DNA of 64,000 nt from the sequence record NZ_CP085281.1. One strand, written 5' to 3'. Shown one piece after another: positions 57,474-64,000 of the stretch. Positions within the stretch are counted from its first letter, which is position 1, and every line of letters starts with the position of its first letter. This stretch comes from a plasmid. The translations under genes and the position numbers were made by a program. Below the pieces are notes generated by a model. That model had not been told where the DNA came from. It ran no database searches and worked only from the letters and a program-made list of their open reading frames with translations.

Positions 57474-58727
57474 ATGTTGACGGGCAGGCGGTTTCGGGTC
57501 GAGTTCACCGGCGAGCAGGCTCAGTTCGCCGAACAGATCGGCGCGGCCTGCCGGGCGGTGTGGAACACCGGCCTGGAGCAGCGCCGGGAGTACCGGCGCC
57601 GCGGCGCGTGGATGAACTACGGGCCCCAGGCCAAAGAACTGGCTGACGCTAAGACCGAGCATCCGTGGCTCAAAGACGTTCCGGGGCACTGCCTGCAGCA
57701 GACGTTGATGGATCTGGACAAGGCCTGCCGCGCGCACGGCACTTGGAAGGTGCATTGGCGCTCAGGCCGACGATGGGCGCCGTCGTTCCGGTTCCCCGAG
57801 GGCAACAAGATGGCGGTAGAGAAGCTCAACCGACGCCATGGCCGGATCAAGTTGCCCAAGCTCGGCTGGGTGAAGTTCCGCCAGACGCGCAGTCTGGTTG
57901 GTGAAACCATCCGGTCGGCCACCTTGACTCGGGAAGGCGGCCGGCATTGGTTCCTGTCGCTGCTGGTCGACGATGGCGCCGGCAGTCCGGCCGCTCACAC
58001 GATGCCGGGGACGGCTGTCGGGGTTGATCGTGGTGTCGCGGTGGCGATCGCGACCAGCGGCGGCGACCTGATCGACCGCGTGTTCCTCAGCGCCGCTGAG
58101 CGGCGTCGCGTCGCGACGTTGCAGCGCAAGCTGTCTCGGTGCGCGAAGGGATCGGCCAACCGCGCCAAGGCGCGGTCCGCGCTGGCACAGGTTCGGGCCC
58201 GGGAACGCCGCCGCCGCCAAGAATTTTGCGCCCAGACCGCTCACCGGCTCGCGGCCGCCCATGCGGTAGTGGTGCTGGAAGATTTGAAGACCCGCAACAT
58301 GACCCGTACGGCGAAAGGAACCTTGGATCAGCCCGGCCTCAACGTGAAAGCCAAGTCCGGGCTCAACCGCGCCATCCTGGCCAAAGGATGGCATCAGTTC
58401 GCGTTGGCACTGTCCTCAGCGGCCCGGTACACCGGGACCGCTGTGGTGACGGTGCCGGCGCCGTACACGTCGCAACGCTGCTCGCAGTGTCAGCAGGTGG
58501 ACCCGAAATCCCGCGAGAGCCAAGCGGTATTCCGGTGCACCCACTGCTCGCACCACGAGCATGCGGACGTCAACGCCGCCAAGAACATTTTGGCCGCAGG
58601 GCTTGCGGTCACCGCCTGCCAAGACCAACCCCGGCCCACGGGCAAGGAACGGTCGCCGAAGCAGGAACCAGCAGGAAACCGCGAGGAATTACTGCTCCAA
58701 CACCCTCACCGCACACCCGCGGCGTGA
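57474..58727 (+). CDS. tnpB: IS605-family TnpB
   Basis: RuvC motifs with a CSQCQQVD ... CTHCSHHEHADVNAAKN zinc finger. Confidence 0.85.
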   Translation: MLTGRRFRVEFTGEQAQFAEQIGAACRAVWNTGLEQRREYRRRGAWMNYGPQAKELADAKTEHPWLKDVPGHCLQQTLMDLDKACRAHGTWKVHWRSGRRWAPSFRFPEGNKMAVEKLNRRHGRIKLPKLGWVKFRQTRSLVGETIRSATLTREGGRHWFLSLLVDDGAGSPAAHTMPGTAVGVDRGVAVAIATSGGDLIDRVFLSAAERRRVATLQRKLSRCAKGSANRAKARSALAQVRARERRRRQEFCAQTAHRLAAAHAVVVLEDLKTRNMTRTAKGTLDQPGLNVKAKSGLNRAILAKGWHQFALALSSAARYTGTAVVTVPAPYTSQRCSQCQQVDPKSRESQAVFRCTHCSHHEHADVNAAKNILAAGLAVTACQDQPRPTGKERSPKQEPAGNREELLLQHPHRTPAA

Positions 58728-59015
58728 CCACGTTGGAATCCCCCCGGCTTCAGCCGTGGGGAGGAAGTCAAGGCCAGTGCTGGTATCTGCACTGCAGGGG
58801 AGGCGGTGGCCGAGTGGATGTTGACGCCGCCGACTATGGCGGTGGCGTGGAATGCCATGTACGAGCGGGCATATCCCGCTGCGCTGCAGTCGGTTACGGG
58901 TCTGGACGCGTCGACCTTGCTCGACGCGCAGCGGTGGGTCGGGGCACTTCTGGCGTAGCTGTCGGTGCCTGATCGGGTGTAGCACCGCCGTCCGTCCGGT
59001 GCTACACTTAGGTCT

Positions 59016-59279
59016 ATGCCAACGACCCGCCCGCGCCACTTCGTAACCGAGACAGACGACCTCGCGTCAGCCCTGGACCGGGCAGCCGAACGCTGGCCAG
59101 GAGTGAGCCGTCCCCAGCTCTTGGTGCGCCTGGCCATGGAAGGCGATCGCGCGGCCACCGCGGCGCGGGAGGACTTGCGGGCGCGGCGGCTGAGAGCAAT
59201 TGAGGAGCTGAGCGGCGCACTGACTGGGATTTATGAGCCCGGGTACTTGGAGGATCTGCGGGCGGATTGGCCGGCGTGA
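59016..59279 (+). CDS. vapB: RHH-type antitoxin (VapB-like)
   Basis: 87 aa, immediately upstream of and overlapping the PIN gene. Confidence 0.5.
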   Translation: MPTTRPRHFVTETDDLASALDRAAERWPGVSRPQLLVRLAMEGDRAATAAREDLRARRLRAIEELSGALTGIYEPGYLEDLRADWPA

Positions 59280-59677
59280 CTGTCGTCGTGGACACCTCGG
59301 TGCTGATTGCATTCTTCAACAGCAAGGATGCCCATCATCAGTCGGCGAAGGACGTGCTGGCGCAGGTGGCCGATGAGGCTCTGGTGGCAAGTTCAATGAC
59401 ATGGGCCGAGGTGCTGGCCGGACCGGCACGCAGCGGTGAAGAGTCTGTTCAGACGGCGTTGTCTGCGTTGGCGCAACTCGAGATTTACGAGGAAGCCTTT
59501 CCTCGTGACGTGGCCGTGCGGCTGGCTTGGCTTCGAGCGGAAACGGGTTTGAAGATGCCCGATTGCTGCGTCCTGCTGGCAGCTGAGACCGCGCAGGCGG
59601 ATTCGGTCGCAACCTTCGACGGTCAGCTCGCATCAGCGTCCATTCAGCGCGGCCTGACGGCGCGGACCGGCAAGTAA
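59267..59677 (+). CDS. vapC: PIN-domain toxin VapC
   Basis: VVVDTSVLIAFF N-terminal PIN signature with conserved D/E residues. Confidence 0.65.
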   Translation: MAGVTVVVDTSVLIAFFNSKDAHHQSAKDVLAQVADEALVASSMTWAEVLAGPARSGEESVQTALSALAQLEIYEEAFPRDVAVRLAWLRAETGLKMPDCCVLLAAETAQADSVATFDGQLASASIQRGLTARTGK

Positions 59678-59765
59678 TCAGGCAGCGGTCTTGGACCGTG
59701 GTCTTCGGTCAGGCCGAAGTACGGACGGAATTGCGATGTTTCGCAAGGCCTGGTGGTCTGACGCG

Positions 59766-61745
59766 TTAAGCAGCGGCGGCGTGCTTGGGTGCGGAGTCGC
59801 TGGCTGCGGCGTGCCGCGGCGAGGTCGCCGAGGCGTGCTTGGGCGTCTTCGCGGTGGCGGCGGAGGTGCCGTCCGACGGTCCGTTGTTGGGTGACGTCGA
59901 GGCGGTCTTACCGGGTGCGCTGCCGCTGGTCTTGTCGCCGTTGGTGTTCTTGGTGCCGGAGGGGCGTGGTTTCTTCGGCGCGGTGACGTTGTCGGTCTTG
60001 TCCGGATTGGAGGCCCCGTTCGCGGCGCCGGCTGAGGTCGTGGTGTCGTCCTTGTCGGCGGTTGAGGTGGTGGTGCGGTCCTTGGTGCTCGCCGATGCGC
60101 CCTTGCTGTCGTCGGCTGCCTCGGTCTTGGCGTCGGTGGCCGTCGACGCTGCGGTGCTCGCGGTCGCATCGGTGGCAGCTGCTGCTTCGGCGGCGGGGGT
60201 GGGGTTCGGGCTCTCCTCGGTCGCCGGGTTCACCGTGGGCTCGGCTGCCTCGCTGGCGGTGTCCTCCGCCGGGTCGGTTGGCTCGGCGGCGTTGGCGGTC
60301 TTCGGTTCTGCCGCTGCTGTTTTCGGGCCGCGTCCGGTGGTGGTGTTCGCCGCGGTGGTGTCGGTGCTCGGCGTGGTGTCGGCGGTGAGGCTGAGGGTGA
60401 CCGTTTTGTGGGTGGCCGCCGGGGCGGCGGTCGCGGTGAGGCTGCCGGTGATGGCCGAGCCGAAGTCCAGGGCCGCGGCGATGGTGCGCAGTCCTGCGGC
60501 GGTGGTGGTGGCGGCCGCTTTGACGAGGAGGTTGACCGTGGTGGCCATCGCGTGCGGGATGCCTGTGACGAGGGATGGCAGCCCGGCGGCTTGGAGGATT
60601 CCGCTGGCGGCGGTGGCCAGGCCGCTGGTGAAGGCGGTGAAGACGTTGGCGGCGGCGACGGTGATGTCGGCGCCGGCGGTGAAGGGTACCGACGCCAGGG
60701 AGCCGACGGTGTGTGCGGCGGTGGTGAGGGTGGAGGTCCCGGCGCCGACGAGGACGGAGATGGCGTGTGCGTAGGTGGCGGGGCTCAGCGGCGCGGTGCC
60801 GATGGTGTTGATGACCTTCTGGATTGCGCCGGGGTCGGTTCCGTTGCCGATCCAGGTGGCGACCGCGTCTGAGGCGCCGTCGGTGACGCGGTCGAGGATC
60901 GTGGTGGCGGCGTTGGTGATCGTGGTGGAGGCTCCGTTGACGGCTGCGACGGCGGCGGCCACGGGTGCGGAGACGATGCCCTGGACGGCGGTGATGAGGC
61001 CGTTGACGAGGTCGATCCCGGTGAGTTTCTTGCTGGCGTCGAGCAGGCCGTTGAAGGTGTCGAGGGCGTTGGAGACCTGGCGGGTGACGCCGGTGACGAC
61101 GGTGTTGGTGACGGTCAGGACGTTGGCGCCGAGGTGGTTGACGGTGCCGATGCCCTGGGTGAGGGCCAGTCCGGCGATGTCGATCGGGGCGTTGATGAGG
61201 CCGGTGTAGCTCGGGAGGGCGAGCGGGTTGTTGATGACGGTGGCCACGGCGTTCAAGGCGGTGCCGAGGGAGCCGGTGAGTGTGGAGGTCAGCAGGTCGG
61301 CGAGCTGTCCGGTGGTCAGGACGATGGAGCCGTTGACGTCGTCGATGGACTTCGAGAGGTCTGAAAGTCCGTTTCCTGCTGACGCTTTGAGCGTTTTGAG
61401 GATGGCGGTGAGGGTCTTGTTGTCGGTGGCGGCGATGAGACCGTTCCACAGGCTGTCGTTGAGGGTGACCGCCGAGGTCAGCGCCTGGGTCAGGGTTTGG
61501 CCTGGGGCGCCGACCAATCCGGTGACGGTCGTCGAGGCCGATGCCATCGCCGATTCGAGATTGTCGACGAGCTTGGCGATGTCGGCCGGGTTGATGACGG
61601 CGGTCAGCTGCAGTCGGGGGGTGGAGATGTGCGGGACGGTGAGGTCGCGGGCTGCCATCGGCAGCGGTGTCATGAAGGGGGTGAAGGCGAGGGCGGCGGC
61701 GGTGGTCAGCGCCAGGGCGGGGGTGGCGGTACGGGCGGCGGGCAT
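59766..61745 (-). CDS. secreted Ala/Thr/Gly-rich protein with low-complexity Thr/Ala/Lys C-terminal tail
   Basis: N-terminal signal peptide MPAARTATPALALTTAAALAFTPFMTPLPMAA. 659 aa with no catalytic motifs. Confidence 0.5.
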   Translation of the reverse strand: MPAARTATPALALTTAAALAFTPFMTPLPMAARDLTVPHISTPRLQLTAVINPADIAKLVDNLESAMASASTTVTGLVGAPGQTLTQALTSAVTLNDSLWNGLIAATDNKTLTAILKTLKASAGNGLSDLSKSIDDVNGSIVLTTGQLADLLTSTLTGSLGTALNAVATVINNPLALPSYTGLINAPIDIAGLALTQGIGTVNHLGANVLTVTNTVVTGVTRQVSNALDTFNGLLDASKKLTGIDLVNGLITAVQGIVSAPVAAAVAAVNGASTTITNAATTILDRVTDGASDAVATWIGNGTDPGAIQKVINTIGTAPLSPATYAHAISVLVGAGTSTLTTAAHTVGSLASVPFTAGADITVAAANVFTAFTSGLATAASGILQAAGLPSLVTGIPHAMATTVNLLVKAAATTTAAGLRTIAAALDFGSAITGSLTATAAPAATHKTVTLSLTADTTPSTDTTAANTTTGRGPKTAAAEPKTANAAEPTDPAEDTASEAAEPTVNPATEESPNPTPAAEAAAATDATASTAASTATDAKTEAADDSKGASASTKDRTTTSTADKDDTTTSAGAANGASNPDKTDNVTAPKKPRPSGTKNTNGDKTSGSAPGKTASTSPNNGPSDGTSAATAKTPKHASATSPRHAAASDSAPKHAAAA

Positions 61746-62153
61746 GGAGGCTCCTGCGATCAGGTCGTCCGGCCCTCACGGGCGGGAGTCACAAGCGGTG
61801 TTTACCTGTGAGGGGAAATTACCAGCTACGGCGATGTTTCCGTGAGTGGTAATCCGCTTGTGGTCTGAGGAGCTGGACGTGGGAGATCGGCCGCATGGCC
61901 GGGGGCCATGCCGTCGTCGCAGCTCAGGCCCGGTGTCGTGGGTTGCCGGCGCCGGCCTCGGGTCACGACTCTTCGTGTGGGGGACGTGCTATCGGCGCTG
62001 GTCGGTGGCGCTACGAGGGATCAGGATCGGTTGAGCGCCACCAGAGCCACTGATCCTGCGGCTGAGGCTGCTGGGTGACCATCTGCTGCAGCTGGTGTGG
62101 CAGCTGGTCGCATAGCTGCTCCGCCGGCTGAGCCTTCGGCCTGCCTTCGCCGC

Positions 62154-62609
62154 TCACGACGGCCACGGCAGATTCTCGTGCTGGTGCTTCCGCGTGGTCC
62201 GGACGGCGCGAAGTTCGCGTCGCTGGTCTTGGGCGTAGCGGCGGGCCAGCACCAGGTCTTGCCACCAGGGGGTGCGCTCGACGTGGCCGGCCAAGGTGTC
62301 GATCTGCAGATCGGTCAGGCCGGCCAGGGCGCCGGCGGCATCGTGTGCGGCCAGGACGACGATACCGCGCATCAGGGGCACGTTGCTGGGCGTGAAACCT
62401 GTTGTGGCGAGGTAGATCTCGGTGGCGTTGCGGTTGACGCGGCGGTGCGAAGATCGGGTCGACGGCGTGAACCAGAAGTCGATGGTCCCGTCGCTGCTGG
62501 TGAGCGTCTCCAGGTCGCATTCGCGGATGAGGTCGGCGATGTCGTCGACGCAGCGGACACGACGCTTGTACAGCTGGCCGTTGTGGCTGGCGACAAGTAC
62601 TTGGAACAT
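62154..62609 (-). CDS. hypothetical protein
   Basis: Trimmed to MFQVLVASHNGQLYKRRV. Confidence 0.3.
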   Translation of the reverse strand: MFQVLVASHNGQLYKRRVRCVDDIADLIRECDLETLTSSDGTIDFWFTPSTRSSHRRVNRNATEIYLATTGFTPSNVPLMRGIVVLAAHDAAGALAGLTDLQIDTLAGHVERTPWWQDLVLARRYAQDQRRELRAVRTTRKHQHENLPWPS

Positions 62610-63860
62610 GTGGTCCTCCTCGGCGCGTCGTTGCTGTGAAAGGTAGCCCGTCGGCGCCCCCACGGCGGCCCGCCGCGTCGGGGGACCTGCCATTTGCCGT
62701 GGTCAAGCGGCGTGCCTAGCGGTTCCGATAAGGAGGCTTATCAGTTCGAGATTGGCGGTAGTGCTTGCGAATGAGGTGTGCTGGGACGGTGGATGACGAC
62801 GTGTTGGAGCGGGTTCGCCAAGCGGTAGCCGGGCTGGATGGCCGGTGGTTCGCCGACTTCGAGGAGGTCTGCTCCTTGGCGGAGGTTCTCGTCGAGATGG
62901 ACGTCCTGACCGCGCGGCGCGACGTCGTCGACTTCTTCCGCCGGCCGTGGCGCTTCACCGCCGAGCACGACGTGTGGGTGCGGTGCGGGCGGCCGGTGGA
63001 CGTGCGCGGGTCCGCCGGCGCGGCGCTGGAGAACTTGGTGGACGCTGCCGGCCGCGGCGATACGCCGCTGACACTGACCCGATAGCGCGTGTGACCTCGG
63101 GCGATAGCACGTCCCCGACTGGGGGTCAGCCGCTGGCTGCTCCTTGAGCGCCGTCTTGCGCGGTGCCCTCCTGGGGCCAGGATCCTGGAGTCGGGTTATC
63201 GCCGGGGACATGTCATCGCCGCTGGTCAGCACGCTGCCGCGCCTGTGGCAGCGGCGGCATCGACGATCTTCGGACCCGGGCGCGAGTCAACGTTCTGCCA
63301 GAAACGCTGACGGTCCTCGGGTGCTGAGCCGGCCGTAGGTCTCCTGAGTGGCCAGCTGCAACGCAGTGTCGCCGCGGCCGCGGTACGCCGGGCTGCGGAG
63401 ATCGTCGATGCCGCCGGGAGGGTGGTCGCCTCCTCCATCTGGTTTTTGGTCGTCTACTCAAGAAGTACCTGCGCCGACCGGTGTTTCCGTCAATTCGATG
63501 TGGGCGAATTTCACCGGTGGCGAGTCGGCAGGGGTGTCGTTGCGCGCTGCTAGCGTGGATTTCGACGTCCTCCTCCCCCCGAGGACGTTCCCCGCGCCCC
63601 GGTCGCCCTCCCCCCTGGCGGCCGGGGCGCATCACGTTTCAGCCCGGTCGGCGAGGCCTTCAGACGGTTCCGCGTGCTTACACTGGGCCCATCGCCACGC
63701 ACGGCGGCGTGAATCCCGGCATCGACTGCAGCCGCCCACATCGGCCAGTCACGTCAGACCGGGACAAGACCCACCGGGTTCCGTGTCACTACCCAGCAAA
63801 GAGACTTCCGCGCAGATGTGGGGCGACGCGGAGGATTTACTTTGGATGGGAGCAATCATC

Positions 63861-64000
63861 ATGTCTCGCAACGAATCGCGCGAACGCGCCGCCCGTGAGT
63901 TCCAGGCGGCCAATCCGGGGACGTCCTACACCCGCGCTCTTCGGCAGGTCAGCCGCGGCGGTCAGCGGCGCCCGCTGTTGGCGGTCCTCGGCACCGGTTC
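63861..64000 (+). CDS. hypothetical protein, 5' part (runs off the window end)
   Basis: ATG preceded by GGATGGGAG. MSRNESRERAAREFQAANPGTSYTRALRQ... Confidence 0.3.
   Translation, partial: MSRNESRERAAREFQAANPGTSYTRALRQVSRGGQRRPLLAVLGTG

Larger units (their letters stand above)
57000..58830. mobile_element. IS200/IS605-family element (approximate bounds)
   Basis: tnpA (Y1 HUH) plus tnpB. An imperfect hairpin CCCCGGCTTCAGCCGTGGGG lies at ~58745 and CTGCACTGCAG at ~58790. Confidence 0.5.

Noticed and set aside
59908-61779. 623-aa minus-strand alternative frame and 59785-60774 plus ORF over the secreted Ala/Thr-rich gene
   Set aside because: Arg/His-rich or Ala/Val-rich frame-shifted readings of the same low-complexity region. 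The signal-peptide frame is preferred.
1-64000. CRISPR arrays, tRNA or rRNA genes
   Set aside because: No spaced direct repeats or rRNA-like conserved stretches were seen. No tRNA cloverleaf was identified by eye. A covariance-model scan (tRNAscan/Infernal) is needed to exclude small RNAs.

Overview
High-GC (Mycobacterium-like) accessory DNA, probably a plasmid or genomic island rather than core chromosome. Most genes lie on the minus strand.

The left end (1-9 kb) carries the first half of an ESX/type VII secretion locus, transcribed leftward: eccA, eccB, a fused ~1390-aa eccC, a PE gene and a PPE gene that runs off the window start. Directly upstream of eccA sit two paralogous proteins sharing an N-terminal Cys-containing domain. 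One carries a C-terminal WhiB-like Fe-S cysteine motif. The other (720 aa) carries a long coiled-coil linker and a C-terminal C2/C3/iota-type mono-ADP-ribosyltransferase toxin domain (Arg, S-T-S and E-x-E motifs).

From 13 to 28 kb lies a minus-strand, translationally coupled phage-like operon: DUF4031, HTH protein, alpha/beta hydrolase, PD-(D/E)XK-like protein, ASCH protein and a Gp37/Gp68 (DUF5131) gene. The Gp37/Gp68 gene is split by a ~7.5-kb insertion made of two nested Tn554-like units (small plus large tyrosine recombinase each). The inner unit sits in the 3' end of the outer unit's large recombinase gene. Both units share end motifs and both interrupted ORFs reconstruct precisely.

Further right (28-64 kb):
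- A GNAT-P-loop kinase fusion.
- An XRE/ImmA-like/membrane/CYP102-like P450 operon.
- An IS607-family element (serine recombinase tnpA plus tnpB).
- A duplicated module of ~375-aa paralogs flanking a single-domain FtsK-like ATPase.
- Two vapBC pairs.
- A WhiA paralog.
- A SUKH-like immunity-type protein.
- Prolyl aminopeptidase.
- A protein loosely resembling the MPT63 family, with a Pro/Thr/Gly tandem repeat.
- Large Pro/Ala-rich and Gln/Gly-rich Esp-like proteins.
- An IS21-family element (istAB) interrupting a DUF1524 HNH-like gene with a 5-bp ATTGC duplication.
- A DUF2637-like membrane protein.
- An IS200/IS605 element (tnpA plus tnpB).
- A signal-peptide Ala/Thr-rich protein.

No rRNA, tRNA or CRISPR array was recognised.
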